DNA of 63,806 nucleotides, the filler included, from Lama guanicoe (Eukaryota): assembly GCA_013239625.1 (NCBI GenBank). It is 77 parts of 75 records of this genome, joined end to end, with 100 filler letters (N's around TTAATTAATTAA, not from the genome) between each part and the next. Parts side by side here need not be neighbours in the genome. Positions count along the whole stretch, not along the records: positions 1 to 565 come from PNXV01010164.1; positions 666 to 1,189 come from MU054852.1; positions 1,290 to 1,690 come from MU054853.1; positions 1,791 to 2,630 come from PNXV01010172.1; positions 2,731 to 3,074 come from MU054854.1; positions 3,175 to 4,125 come from MU054854.1; positions 4,226 to 5,113 come from PNXV01010175.1; positions 5,214 to 5,677 come from PNXV01010177.1; 69 more parts are not named here. The stretch is one strand, 5' to 3'. Positions within the stretch are counted from its first letter, which is position 1, and each line of letters opens with the position of its first letter. Under the pieces are notes generated by a model. It had not been told where the DNA came from, made no database searches, and worked only from the letters and a program-made list of their open reading frames with translations. Of this stretch, positions 1 through 12,363 are shown one piece after another. The translations under genes and the position numbers were made by a program.

Positions 1-565
1 CTGGAGTCCCAGGCGCTGGGGACTTCTCAGGAAGCTGCGTTAGATGGAACGAGGAGAATGCCCAAGATAGATGGGGGCCTCTAGAGATCAGTCAGTCTTG
101 GGGCTTCTATATGGCCTGATGCTTTGGCAGAAGGATAATTCAAAATTAATTAGAGCAATGGCAGATTCCACGGGAGTATTTAGACAGGATTCAGAAGTTC
201 TTGAATGCCCCTGGAAGATAGTCCTAGAGTTAGCTGAGGATTTAGGGAGCTGGCCAGAAGCGACCACCAACAGGAGCAAACTGGTCATTTCCCTGAGATG
301 CTCAGGCTGGGTGCCAAAGCCGGATACTGAATGAGGTTCACTGCCAGGTCTCGGAGGCCCAAAGGCCAGAAGGACAGAGATGTTTCCCTTGGAAAGGGGA
401 GACTGGTTAAATCTCTAGAGCAACATATGAAGCTCTAAGAGTAGACTGCACCCTCTCTGGTCCTCGAGTTCTCCACTCTTGCACAGCTTCCTCCATCTCA
501 CCTCCCAGTCCTCATCGACAGTCCTACTCACAAGGGTTGTACCCCTCTGACTACCACCTTCTGTC

Positions 566-665
566 NNNNNNNNNNNNNNNNNNNNNNNNNNNNNNNNNNN
601 NNNNNNNNNTTAATTAATTAANNNNNNNNNNNNNNNNNNNNNNNNNNNNNNNNNNNNNNNNNNNN
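566..665. other. Artificial scaffold-joining linker N44-TTAATTAATTAA-N44 (first of about 76 copies in the window)
   Basis: Identical 100-bp block; 12-mer at 610-621 is palindromic with TAA in all six frames; unrelated sequence on each side at nearly every occurrence. Confidence 0.98.
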
Positions 666-1189
666 TACAAAATGCTGAATATAGGATTTATACTATAGAA
701 TGTAGAACACAGAACTTAAAATATACACTACAGAATACTGAATATAGGATTTAGAAAATTGAAAGTAGAACACAGAGTATAGAATACAAAATAGAGAATA
801 TAGAATCAAAAATTTAACTTGGAATACAGAACACAGAATTTAAAATATAGACCACAGAATACTGAATATAGAATATAGAATATAGAACACAGAATATAAA
901 ATATAGAATACGGAATGCAGAATAGAGAATACAGAATATAGAATTTAGAATTCAGNNNNNNNNNNNNNNNNNNNNNNNNNNNNNNNNNNNNNNNNNNNNN
1001 NNNNNNNNNNNNNNNNNNNNACAGAATTTATAAAATAAAGTATACTGAATATAGAATTTAGAATATAGAAATCAGAACACAGAATTTAGAAAAGATAATA
1101 CAGAATACTGAATATAGAATTTATAATATGGTATGCATAGCACAGAATTTAGAATATAGACTACAGGACACTGAATATAGAATATAGAA
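666..1189. repeat. AT-rich heptamer satellite (ATAGAAT/ATTCTAT variants)
   Basis: Tandem degenerate 7-mers: atagaat, acagaat, ttagaat, actgaat. Confidence 0.95.
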
Positions 1190-1289
1190 NNNNNNNNNNN
1201 NNNNNNNNNNNNNNNNNNNNNNNNNNNNNNNNNTTAATTAATTAANNNNNNNNNNNNNNNNNNNNNNNNNNNNNNNNNNNNNNNNNNNN

Positions 1290-1690
1290 TAAATAAAACT
1301 GCTTTTGTTCAGATACATGATTGTCTATGTAGAAAACACCAATGAATTAACAATAAAAAAAGCCTCCTGAAACTAGTAACCAATTATAGCAAAATTGCAG
1401 GATGTGTAGTAAATATACAAAAGTCAGGTGCTTTTCTATATACTAGCAAGGAACTATTGGAATTTTATGTTAAAAACACAATACCATTTATGTTAACCCC
1501 AAAAAAAGAAATACTTCAGTACAAATTGAACAAAATATGTACAAGATCTACATGAGGAAAACTACAGAACTCTGATAAAAAAGATCAAAAAGATCTTAAT
1601 GAGTTATTTCAAGTTTGCATGTTCATGGACTGGAAGACTCAATATAGTTGGGATGTCAATTCTTTTCAACTTGGTTTGTAGACTCAAATG
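1290..1690 (+). mobile_element. Old LINE-1 ORF2 RT-domain fragment (decayed)
   Basis: ttcagatacatgattgtctatgtagaaaac resembles FADDMIVYVENP; catgttcatggactggaagactcaatat resembles CSWIGRLNI. Confidence 0.85.
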
Positions 1691-1790
1691 NNNNNNNNNN
1701 NNNNNNNNNNNNNNNNNNNNNNNNNNNNNNNNNNTTAATTAATTAANNNNNNNNNNNNNNNNNNNNNNNNNNNNNNNNNNNNNNNNNNNN

Positions 1791-1966
1791 GAGAGAGAGA
1801 GAATCATCTCTCTTGTGTGACTTCTTATAAGAATTCTAATCCCATCATGAAGTCTCCACCTTCATGACCTAATTACCTCCCAAAGGCCACACCCTTAAAT
1901 ATCATCACATGGGGAGTTTAGCATTTTAACATATAAAATTTTAGAGGACACATTCAGTCTGTAGCA
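1791..1966 (-). mobile_element. MaLR LTR fragment (MLT1A-like)
   Basis: cttcttataag...ctaatcccatcatga...catgacctaattacctcccaaaggcc...cattcagtctgtagca. Confidence 0.85.
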
Positions 1967-2789
1967 GGGAGTCATGGTAAGTCACCCAGAGACTTTGCAG
2001 ATAAAGTGAAGACAAACCCATCCTCTGAGAATCATGCTAGAAAAGTCAACCCAACAGTTGCGACGAGTCATGAGCAGATGTGATCGACTTTAACTATAAA
2101 CATGTTTCTGTTAGCAAGACCAAGCAAAGTAGCCTGTGGAAATCTTTGTACCTAGACTATATCCAAGGAAAGCTAAGAAAAGAGTCACAGGCTTTTAATA
2201 GCAGAGTAACAGCCAAAGGAATGTATCCAAGGAGTCAAAGCGCAGAGCCCTGAACGCTCATCACACAACAGAAATACTCCTACAGCAGAGATGGATGCAG
2301 ATGAATGAATAAAACTCTTGGAGATGGCGACAGTACCCATTGACGTTCTGCTGTTTTGGCTTTTGATTCCTTGTGGGCCAAGGATGTTTGACATTCCAGG
2401 GAGACTTTGTTAGGGCAGAGAATGTATTGTGGATGTAAGGGTTATCTTGCCCAATCACTTCTTTTCTATATAGGCTAGTTTCTTGTGGGTTTTAAAAAAA
2501 GTGTCGCCGAGACCCTGAGTATGAGATGAGTTTCTGGTTTATGCTCAAGATGTGACATGAAGGAATTTGCAGCAAGATTTTTCTGTGTATTTTTCCCTCA
2601 GAAAGATGTATTTCAAAAGTTACAACAAATNNNNNNNNNNNNNNNNNNNNNNNNNNNNNNNNNNNNNNNNNNNNTTAATTAATTAANNNNNNNNNNNNNN
2701 NNNNNNNNNNNNNNNNNNNNNNNNNNNNNNGAATTAGAAAGAAGTGGGTTCTGTTTTATGCTTCTAGTAAAGTGTTATTCCTGCTCTGA

Positions 2790-2910
2790 GTGTAGCAACT
2801 CAGGCCCAAGGAGGTGAAGCACCTGGCCCAGGGTCATATACTATGTCAGCTGCTGATTTAGACCTTTTTTATTCTGGACTCCTGTATTTCTTCTCTAAAC
2901 CACACTGCCT
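2790..2910 (-). mobile_element. MIR SINE fragment
   Basis: actcaggcccaaggaggtgaagcacctggcccagggtcatatact resembles the MIR core. Confidence 0.65.
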
Positions 2911-3567
2911 TCAGACGTGGTCCCTTCAGGCTTCACTGCATAGTATACTGACCCATATCCGGGTTGAATTTTATTAAGTCGCACAAGGTTAAGCCCTTTA
3001 CGAAAGAGGCCTGAGTCAACAGGGAGCGCATTGCATCTCTGTTAGGTCCAAGATCTCCATGTGAATGAGCTGTANNNNNNNNNNNNNNNNNNNNNNNNNN
3101 NNNNNNNNNNNNNNNNNNTTAATTAATTAANNNNNNNNNNNNNNNNNNNNNNNNNNNNNNNNNNNNNNNNNNNNTGTGTGTGTGTGTGTGTAAAATTCAC
3201 TGAAACAGAACCAGTATCACCCAAGCGTCTTCTGAAAAGAAAAGCAGATTGTTTTAAAAACAGTTACAATTTAGATGGTCAGACAATGACGGAAACCCCC
3301 ACTGAAAAGAACCCCCAGTGACTCTGTGGTCAGACAGAACAACCTGCTGTCTGGAACCTGCCTCTCCTGATACCGTACTCTTTCATGCCTTTGGGTCTTT
3401 GCTGGCCTGTTAACTTTGACAGGGATGACTCCCTCCTTTCAGGTCTGAAACTCAAGCACGTGTCCCATGCGAAGTCAGTCTTCTCTGACTTCTCTCAAAA
3501 GAACCACTGCTGCCACCTTTTATGAACCTGCTGCATCTTGTACCTTCATTTTGGCACCTAGTGCATT

Positions 3568-4104
3568 TGTTACCGTGAGGAGGGGAAAAGACCCCAGTTC
3601 TTGTCTTTTCTGAGAGAAAGAATTCAAATGGGGAGACTGAAGCATGGCATTTTATTAGTAGAGCACAAAGTTCTTAGAGTACACCTTTGAGAATTGAAGG
3701 CGGGCCAACCCAAGAGAGGAAAATGGTGGCGCTCCTTTGTTTCTCCTGTCTTACATCCTGGCTCAGGGACGTTCTGGTGATTGATTGACAGCTTGCATCC
3801 CTTGAGTGCTTATGCACGTTTGTTTCTTTTGCGCATGCTCTGACCCATAATGCACACAGAAAGACCTATGGGAGGGGGCCCAAACCGCAGTGCTAATTAC
3901 ATTATGATGAGCACTGATTAGTTATGTTAAGTTGAGCTGCAGCAATGTCCGATTCTGACCAGCTGCTTTGTTGGCACTCATTTAGAGAAAGTAACTCTTT
4001 GAGGCCCCTTATCCTGCGTGCAGGCGTACTGTTATCTTCTGGATTGTCCCCTCCGCTTTCCTCTCCCCCGTACCTCGTGCTTATTTCTATCCAACCTCCT
4101 AAAA
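3568..4104 (-). mobile_element. ERV solo LTR (ERV1-like), about 537 bp
   Basis: Starts tgtta and ends cctaaaa (one change from taaca); flanked by catt/cgtt (4-bp TSD with one CpG-type change); gttcttgtc...gaaagaattcaa...ttttatta motif typical of reversed ERV1 LTRs. Confidence 0.65.
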
Positions 4105-4641
4105 CGTTGAGCTGGAATTGTTGGTNNNNNNNNNNNNNNNNNNNNNNNNNNNNNNNNNNNNNNNNNNNNTTAATTAATTAANNNNNNNNNNNNNNNNNNN
4201 NNNNNNNNNNNNNNNNNNNNNNNNNCCTTCCTGTCAGAGCCCAGTCCCTCACTCCTGTCTGCAGGGGAGCAAATGTAGGCAGCCATCATCAGCGCTGGCA
4301 CCACCCTCTGAATGGCAGTGACAGCAGTGACTGTGTGTGGACGTGCAAAGCGTTGTTCCAGGAGCTTTACATGCATTTTTGCATTTAATAAATAAAGCCT
4401 TCCTGTGAGGAATCATTTTATGATTTTAATGAATAATACATTTTATTTTGATTTTGATAGACTTCAAACCTCTGGAAAATTCACTGGAATAGTTCAATAA
4501 ACGCTTAGATACAGTTCACCTAAAGGGGTACTATTCGCCCTTTAAAATTCGCCCTTTCTGGCTTATTTTAGTATAAACTTTCAAGGTTCAACCATGTTGT
4601 AGCCTCAATCAGTACTTTATTCTTTTGGTTTGATAATATCC

Positions 4642-5113
4642 TTTTTCTTTTTTTTTTTTGTTTTTTCTATTTAAAAATATTTTCATTGAATTCTAGTCAG
4701 TTTATAATATTGAATCATTTTCTTGTGTACAGCACAACACTTCATCTATATAGGAACATACCTGTATTCATTTTCATATTCTTTTTCAACATAAGTTACT
4801 ACAAGATATTAAATATATTCTCCTGTGCTATACAGTATAAACTTGCTGTTTATTCTATACATACTCAGTATCTGCAAACCTTGAAATCGCAATTTATTCC
4901 TTCCCACACCCTCTCCCCTCTGGTAACCATAGTTTGGTTTCTATGTCTCTGTGTCTATTTCTGTACTGTAGATAATTTTATCTTTTTGTTTGTTTGTTTT
5001 TTCTTGTTTTTTTTTTAATTCCATATGTGAGAGATCTCATATGGTATTTTTCTTTCTCTTTCTCTGTTGCTTCACTTAGAATGACATTCCCCAGTTCCAT
5101 TGATGTTGGTACA
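4642..5113 (-). mobile_element. LINE-1 3' end (poly-A tail, 3' UTR, ORF2 C-terminus), lineage-specific
   Basis: Poly-T followed by 3' UTR and cttcacttagaatgacattcccc (IVILSEV region). Confidence 0.9.
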
Positions 5114-5504
5114 NNNNNNNNNNNNNNNNNNNNNNNNNNNNNNNNNNNNNNNNNNNNTTAATTAATTAANNNNNNNNNNNNNNNNNNNNNNNNNNNNNNN
5201 NNNNNNNNNNNNNTTGCCAGGAGCTCTTTAGGAGTGCAGTGTCACTGGGTCTCCAACGCCTCCTGTTGTGCTGTTCCTGTTAACACACAATAGCTGGGCT
5301 GGACTAGTTAGGGACTATAAGTATCTTTTTAAGATCGACGGTCTCACGTTTCACCCTGGGAGAGTGAAGGATGGAGGATGAGACAGCCTCATGCATCATT
5401 TTTAACTGAACAAAGCCCTGCTTTCACCACTGTAATTCCTCTCAGTATAAAAACACGTGACATCAACAAGCACCGCCATCATAACACCTGAAAGAGTTCA
5501 AGGT

Positions 5505-5513
5505 ACTTACCTG
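5505..5513 (-). promoter_or_regulatory. Consensus 5' splice donor (CAG|GTAAGT) ending a possible non-coding exon spanning 5511 to about 5677
   Basis: Reverse complement reads ccccag|gtaagtac; the upstream segment contains several CpGs; gene not identified. Confidence 0.3.
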
Positions 5514-5777
5514 GGGCAGAAATAATGATCAAGGAGACAGAAGCTCCCTCAGCACTGCTGCTCCGTTTTCCCGACTCCACCAAGAGAAGCTGGGCGTTAC
5601 AGCCGCGGGCTCTCAGCCCAGGGAGCAACGCCCACGCCGCTAATCTTGACCTCAGGGATCGGGAAAGGGAGAGGAAGNNNNNNNNNNNNNNNNNNNNNNN
5701 NNNNNNNNNNNNNNNNNNNNNTTAATTAATTAANNNNNNNNNNNNNNNNNNNNNNNNNNNNNNNNNNNNNNNNNNNN

Positions 5778-5934
5778 CTGTACAGGACAGGGAAATGTAT
5801 AAAATATCTGACGGCAGCTCACAGAAGAAAAAAATGGGACAACAAATGTATATAAGTTCATTTTAACTGAAAATTTGTGCTCTACGATGGAATTGGAGAC
5901 AACTTTGTAAAATGACTGTAAACCAATAAAAAAA
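5778..5934 (+). mobile_element. LINE-1 extreme 3' end with poly-A
   Basis: ...caactttgtaaaatgactgtaaaccaataaaaaaa, similar to the reversed L1 tail at 4660-4720. Confidence 0.75.
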
Positions 5935-6342
5935 NNNNNNNNNNNNNNNNNNNNNNNNNNNNNNNNNNNNNNNNNNNNNNNNNNNNNNNNNNNNNNNNNN
6001 NNNNNNNNNNNNNNNNNNNNNNNNNNNNNNNNNNNNNNNNNNNNNNNNNNNNNNNNNNNNNNNNNNNNNNNNNNNNNNNNNNNNNNNNNNNNNNNNNNNN
6101 NNNNNNNNNNNNNNNNNNNNNNNNNNNNNNNNNNNNNNNNNNNNNNNNNNNNNNNNNNNNNNNNNNNNNNNNNNNNNNNNNNNNNNNNNNNNNNNNNNNN
6201 NNNNNNNNNNNNNNNNNNNNNNNNNNNNNNNNNNNNNNNNNNNNNNNNNNNNNNNNNNNNNNNNNNNNNNNNNNNNNNNNNNNNNNNNNNNNNNNNNNNN
6301 NNNNNNNNNNNNNNNNNNNNNNNNNNNNNNNNNNNNNNNNNN

Positions 6343-6573
6343 CAGCTCCTGTAATGTACAAAAATACAAAGCAGAACTTATACTCTTCAGACTATTCAAA
6401 AATTGTGAAGGTGTGGGAAACTCTCAAATTAATTCTATAAAGATTTCATCACACTGATAGCATAGCAAAAAACAAAGTATGGGCAAACACAACTTCTAGC
6501 AAATATATTTGATTGATTTAAATTCAAATATTCTACAAAATATTATTAGCAAACTAAACCCAGCAAAACCAAA
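6343..6573 (+). mobile_element. Decayed LINE-1 ORF2 fragment
   Basis: Aligns by eye to the L1 ORF2 at 17090-17300 (ctattcaaaaattg...ttctat...atcacactgata...attagcaaac). Confidence 0.65.
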
Positions 6574-6673
6574 NNNNNNNNNNNNNNNNNNNNNNNNNNN
6601 NNNNNNNNNNNNNNNNNTTAATTAATTAANNNNNNNNNNNNNNNNNNNNNNNNNNNNNNNNNNNNNNNNNNNN

Positions 6674-8768
6674 TTAACCTACAACCCACAACCATGGAAT
6701 AAATGTTCCCCCTGAAAGATGCCTTGACTGTTTCCATACATCCAGCACACACGCGAAGAAGTGTTCTGTTATTCTGAGTGTGGGGAGGTTCCTCAAACTG
6801 ACAGCAGCACCTGGGTTCTATTAGTATCCCTTAGCTTCTGTTCCCTGAGTGTTCCTTTAGGCCAGGCCATGAGGNNNNNNNNNNNNNNNNNNNNNNNNNN
6901 NNNNNNNNNNNNNNNNNNNNNNNNNNNNNNNNNNNNNNNNNNNNNNNNNNNNNNNNNNNNNNNNNNNNNNNNNNNNNNNNNNNNNNNNNNNNNNNNNNNN
7001 NNNNNNNNNNNNNNNNNNNNNNNNNNNNNNNNNNNNNNNNNNNNNNNNNNNNNNNNNNNNNNNNNNNNNNNNNNNNNNNNNNNNNNNNNNNNNNNNNNNN
7101 NNNNNNNNNNNNNNNNNNNNNNNNNNNNNNNNNNNNNNNNNNNNNNNNNNNNNNNNNNNNNNNNNNNNNNNNNNNNNNNNNNNNNNNNNNNNNNNNNNNN
7201 NNNNNNNNNNNNNNNNNNNNNNNNNNNNNNNNNNNNNNNNCCCATAAATAGGAGTCTATTTCCACACCTCCAGCACACACACGAACACTTGCACAGTTAT
7301 CCTGAGAGTGGGCAGCCTCCTCCAACTGAGAGCAGGGCCTTGGTTCTTATAAAATCGCTTCGCTTANNNNNNNNNNNNNNNNNNNNNNNNNNNNNNNNNN
7401 NNNNNNNNNNNNNNNNNNNNNNNNNNNNNNNNNNNNNNNNNNNNNNNNNNNNNNNNNNNNNNNNNNNNNNNNNNNNNNNNNNNNNNNNNNNNNNNNNNNN
7501 NNNNNNNNNNNNNNNNNNNNNNNNNNNNNNNNNNNNNNNNNNNNNNNNNNNNNNNNNNNNNNNNNNNNNNNNNNNNNNNNNNNNNNNNNNNNNNNNNNNN
7601 NNNNNNNNNNNNNNNNNNNNNNNNNNNNNNNNNNNNNNNNNNNNNNNNNNNNNNNNNNNNNNNNNNNNNNNNNNNNNNNNNNNNNNNNNNNNNNNNNNNN
7701 NNNNNNNNNNNNNNNNNNNNNNNNNNNNNNNNNNNNNNNNNNNNNNNNNNNNNNNNNNNNNNNNNNNNNNNNNNNNNNNNNNNNNNNNNNNNNNNNNNNN
7801 NNNNNNNNNNNNNNNNNNNNNNNNNNNNNNNNNNNNNNNNNNNNNNNNNNNNNNNNNNNNNNNNNNNNNNNNNNNNNNNNNNNNNNNNNNNNNNNNNNNN
7901 NNNNNNNNNNNNNNNNNNNNNNNNNNNNNNNNNNNNNNNNNNNNNNNNNNNNNNNNNNNNNNNNNNNNNNNNNNNNNNNNNNNNNNNNNNNNNNNNNNNN
8001 NNNNNNNNNNNNNNNNNNNNNNNNNNNNNNNNNNNNNNNNNNNNNNNNNNNNNNNNNNNNNNNNNNNNNNNNNNNNNNNNNNNNNNNNNNNNNNNNNNNN
8101 NNNNNNNNNNNNNNNNNNNNNNNNNNNNNNNNNNNNNNNNNNNNNNNNNNNNNNNNNNNNNNNNNNNNNNNNNNNNNNNNNNNNNNNNNNNNNNNNNNNN
8201 NNNNNNNNNNNNNNNNNNAGCGAGTGCATCTCTGTGGGTAGTGGAGGGTTTTAAACTACTTCCCCAACCTTGGAACACCTGTGCCCCATAAAGATGCGTG
8301 GAATCTGTTTCCCCACCTCCAGCACACACACGGAGACGTGCTCAGTTATCCTGATTGTGGGGAGGCTCCTCCAAATGACAGCAGCGCCTGGGTTCTAAAA
8401 GAATCCCTTAGCTTGTCTTCCCTGATGCCATGCCTACGCTGGAGAGTGGGGGAAAGTGGGGCTTGGGCTCTAAACCAAGTATAAGCGAGAGCCTATCCAT
8501 GGGATGTGGGTTTTTAACCTACAACCCAAAACCATGGAATAAATGTGCCCCCTGAAAAATGCTTTGACTATTTCCCTACATCCAGCACACACGCGAAGAA
8601 TTGTTCTGGTATTCTGAGTGTGGGGAGGTTCCTCAAACTGACAGCCGCACCTGGGTTCTATAAGTATCCATTAGCTTCTGTTTCCTGAGTGTTCCTTTAG
8701 GCCAGGCCATGAGGGAAACCTGGGAGTTGGGCTTGGAGGCCAAGTAGCAGTGAGTGCCCCCTGATCCA
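6674..8768. repeat. Diverged ~263-bp satellite (family B, related to the 267-bp satellite)
   Basis: Core tgacagcagcrcctgggttcta; ctgggttct at 8388 and 8651 (period 263). Confidence 0.92.
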
Positions 8769-8876
8769 NNNNNNNNNNNNNNNNNNNNNNNNNNNNNNNN
8801 NNNNNNNNNNNNTTAATTAATTAANNNNNNNNNNNNNNNNNNNNNNNNNNNNNNNNNNNNNNNNNNNNTTAAAATG

Positions 8877-8950
8877 AGATACTGGGGTTTGAACCCAGGA
8901 CCTCATACATGCTGAGCTTGTGTTCTACCACTGAAATGTACCCTCTTTCC
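8877..8950 (-). mobile_element. tRNA-derived SINE (camelid Vic-type), head region
   Basis: tactggggtttgaacccaggacctc...ttctaccactga is the reverse complement of the B and A boxes; matches the copy at 48415. Confidence 0.8.
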
Positions 8951-9416
8951 CAAGGCAAGTTTTCTTATCCATTATTATGAAACTTAGGTATTCAAATATA
9001 TTGGGTATAAATCTAGATCTTTTGATCCTACTGTAGTCCTTTTCTTTATCTTCTGCTGAAGGGGGTTGGGGAAAGCAGATCATTTGTTCATTTCTTTATT
9101 TAGCATTCTTGAGCAGTGACTTTGCATCAGGGCCTTGCTAGTTGCTTGGAAACAGAAAATAAGAAATGNNNNNNNNNNNNNNNNNNNNNNNNNNNNNNNN
9201 NNNNNNNNNNNNNNNNNNNNNNNNNNNNNNNNNNNNNNNNNNNNNNNNNNNNNNNNNNNNNNNNNNNNNNNNNNNNNNNNNNNNNNNNNNNNNNNNNNNN
9301 NNNNNNNNNNNNNNNNNNNNNNNNNNNNNNNNNNNNNNNNNNNNNNNNNNNNNNNNNNNNNNNNNNNNNNNNNNNNNNNNNNNNNNNNNNNNNNNNNNNN
9401 NNNNNNNNNNNNNNNN

Positions 9417-9947
9417 TGAGGACCACCAGACGCTTCCCGTTGTGGTCAAACCCATGGGGATCATCTCAGAGGAGAATTTCTTTTGCATCAATAAGCGAAT
9501 CTCCTTGGTGAGCCATATCAGCCCTTGTGGCCCCCAGTGGGCATTCTGTATCCACTAAAAGTACCAATATGCGCCCGAGAATGTGTGGAGCGGATTCCAG
9601 AATCACCGCAATGTCGTGGGCCTTGTCACCATTACTGACTGTCTCTCGACCAGGGCCTTCGAGAAGCTCCACATGCAGACGAGCTGTATGGCACCACGCT
9701 TAATGACTCTCAGCTCTTTGTCTTTGTGCTGCACGGGGAGGTAACCGAGCAGCCACCCACCGACTTGTCCTTCAAACTACGAGGACTGCAGGGTGGTGGA
9801 GAAGATGGTCGAAGACTTCACTGAGTCACTCTTTATCTTGCCCAAGTCCAAGTGGCTGGATGGGGCCCCCAAGAAATCTGAGGACAAGATCCCCCTCGTC
9901 TAAATCCCGTTCGAGGAGGATGTCATGGGACTGGACACAGACAGCAG
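9417..9947 (+). pseudogene. TRAPPC9: TRAPPC9 (NIBP) first coding exon, disabled duplicated copy
   Basis: Translates across frameshifts as [95 protein letters not shown], matching the TRAPPC9 N-terminus ([29 protein letters not shown]); stops at 9556-9558 and 9901-9903; two frameshifts; donor AG|gtaagt at 9948. Confidence 0.93.
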
Positions 9948-10062
9948 GTAAGTCTACCTGGANNNNNNNNNNNNNNNNNNNNNNNNNNNNNNNNNNNNNN
10001 NNNNNNTTAATTAATTAANNNNNNNNNNNNNNNNNNNNNNNNNNNNNNNNNNNNNNNNNNNN

Positions 10063-10924
10063 CTTCCCTGATGGATTTCATAAGCTGGAGTGCGGTTCAA
10101 AGTTGGATTTGAGCTCTAAATCCAACTGTTAGTGAGTGCCTCTCCATGGGAATATGAGGTGTTTAAACAACAACCCCCAACAAGGGAATACCTTAGCCCC
10201 CTGGAATATGCGTGGACACTGTTTCCCCACCAACAGCACACACACGAAGAAGTTTTCTGGAATCCTGGGCATGAGGAGGCTACTCCAAATGACAGCAGCA
10301 CCTGGGTTCTATTAGAATCCCTTAGCTTGTGTTCCCTGAGTGTTTCCATTGTCCAGAGCGAAGTTGGGGGCACTAAAGACTAGTAATAGCGAGTGCCTCT
10401 CTTTGGGCAGTGGAGGTCTTTAAAATACATCCCCAAACTTGGAACAACTGTGCCCCCCAAAAAATGCGTCGACTTTGTTTCCCCACCTCCAGCACACAGA
10501 CGAAGAGGAGTTGAGGATTCCTGAGTGTGAGGAGGCACCTACAACTGACAGCAGGGCCTGGGTTCTAATACAATCCATTAACTTGTCTTCAATGATGGCT
10601 AGCCTAGGCGGGAGTGCAAGGGAATGTGAGGGTTTGGCTCTAAAACCAAGTATTATTGAGTGCCTCTCCACGGGATTTATAGTGGTTTAACCTACAACCA
10701 AATATTTGGGAATAGCTGTGCCCCCTGTAAGTTGCAAGGACACTGTTTCCCCACCTTCAGCACACACACGATGTGGTGTTCTGGAATCCTGAGTGTGGAG
10801 AGACTCCTCCAATTGACAGCAGCACCTGGGATCTAATATAATCCCTATGTTTGTCATCCTTCAGTGTTTACATATGGCCGGGCTCTGAGCCTAGGTGGGG
10901 GTTGGGCTCTAAAGCCAAGTATTN
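10063..10924. repeat. Family B satellite
   Basis: Core motif at 10302, 10558, 10826 (periods 256, 268). Confidence 0.92.
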
Positions 10925-11399
10925 NNNNNNNNNNNNNNNNNNNNNNNNNNNNNNNNNNNNNNNNNNNTTAATTAATTAANNNNNNNNNNNNNNNNNNNNN
11001 NNNNNNNNNNNNNNNNNNNNNNNTAGATAACAGGGTAGAGACTTTCACCAGAGAAATATACTGGAATGTATTCTTAAGAAAAATCAAACAGATACTGTAG
11101 AACTGAAGCTTTCAGCTCTGGAAACAGGTAAACAGAGCTAATTAGGATCCCTTTTAAGTAAAACTTTCAGTAATTCCGGGTAAAATATAACAACAGTGTA
11201 ACACAGAGCTAACTATGGAGAGAGAAGTTCCCTGATGACGATACAAAGAGGACACTTAAAGCCCAGAGTGGTCATCTTGTGAGCTGATGCCACCGCACCC
11301 TGGAGGGAAGGGGTTTTCATCTGCACATAAATAGGGATACAATGTCCATTTAGGAAAAAGGGTCCATACCAGATGTAGAAGACTCTTCCTCTATATCTA

Positions 11400-11615
11400 T
11401 ATAGTCAGAGACAGAGATGTAAAGTGGCAGCAGAGGTCACAGTGACACAGGGCCCTGGGCCAAGGAGTGTGAGCACCTCTGCAAGCTGGGAAAGATAGGA
11501 AGATGAATCCCTCCCAAGAGCCTTGGTGTGGAACTTAGCCTTGGCCACTCGTTGCTTTTAGCAACTGACATTGACTTTGCACTTCTGCACCCTAGAACAG
11601 TGGGAAGATGAATGT
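11400..11615 (+). mobile_element. MaLR LTR fragment (MLT1-like)
   Basis: gccaaggagtgtgagcacctctgcaagctgggaaag...cttctgcaccctagaacagtgggaagatgaatgt. Confidence 0.75.
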
Positions 11616-11715
11616 NNNNNNNNNNNNNNNNNNNNNNNNNNNNNNNNNNNNNNNNNNNNTTAATTAATTAANNNNNNNNNNNNNNNNNNNNNNNNNNNNN
11701 NNNNNNNNNNNNNNN

Positions 11716-12263
11716 TTAAGAACATGGAATGCAGAACACATAGTTTAGATTTTAGAATACAGAACACAGAATATAGAATTTAGAATATAGAATGTAAAAC
11801 ACAGAATATATAATATAGAATACCGTTTGAAGAATAAATAATGTGGAATATAGAAAGAACAACACAAAGTATAGAATATATAATAGAGTGTATAGAAGCC
11901 AGAATTTAGATCATGGAATACAGAACACAGAATTTAGAATATAGAATACAGAATACTGAATATAGAATTTAGAATATAGTATGTAGAACACAGAATACAG
12001 AATAGAGAATNNNNNNNNNNNNNNNNNNNNNNNNNNNNNNNNNNNNNNNNNNNNNNNNNNNNNNNNNNATAGAATATGAATACCTAATATAGAATTTAGA
12101 ATATAGAATGTAGAACACAGAATATAGAATGTAAATTCGGAATGCAGAATATAGAATACAGAACATAGAATGTTGAACAAGAATATAGAACATGTAAAAC
12201 AGAATACAGAACCTAGAATTTAGAATATGGATTGCAGAACACAAAATTTAGAATATACAATAC
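11716..12263. repeat. AT-rich heptamer satellite
   Basis: Tandem agaatat/agaacac/ggaatgc 7-mers. Confidence 0.95.
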
Positions 12264-12363
12264 NNNNNNNNNNNNNNNNNNNNNNNNNNNNNNNNNNNNN
12301 NNNNNNNTTAATTAATTAANNNNNNNNNNNNNNNNNNNNNNNNNNNNNNNNNNNNNNNNNNNN

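Noticed and set aside
71..334. 87-aa ORF
   Set aside because: No recognisable family or splice context; consistent with a chance ORF.
5503..5535. U1 snRNA 5' end (tacttacctgg..atgatca)
   Set aside because: Similarity stops after about 30 nt; it is better explained as a minus-strand splice donor, which is complementary to U1 by nature.
6761..8254. Very long ORFs in the track (e.g. 497 aa here, 411 aa at 43301)
   Set aside because: They consist mostly of N gaps translated as X.
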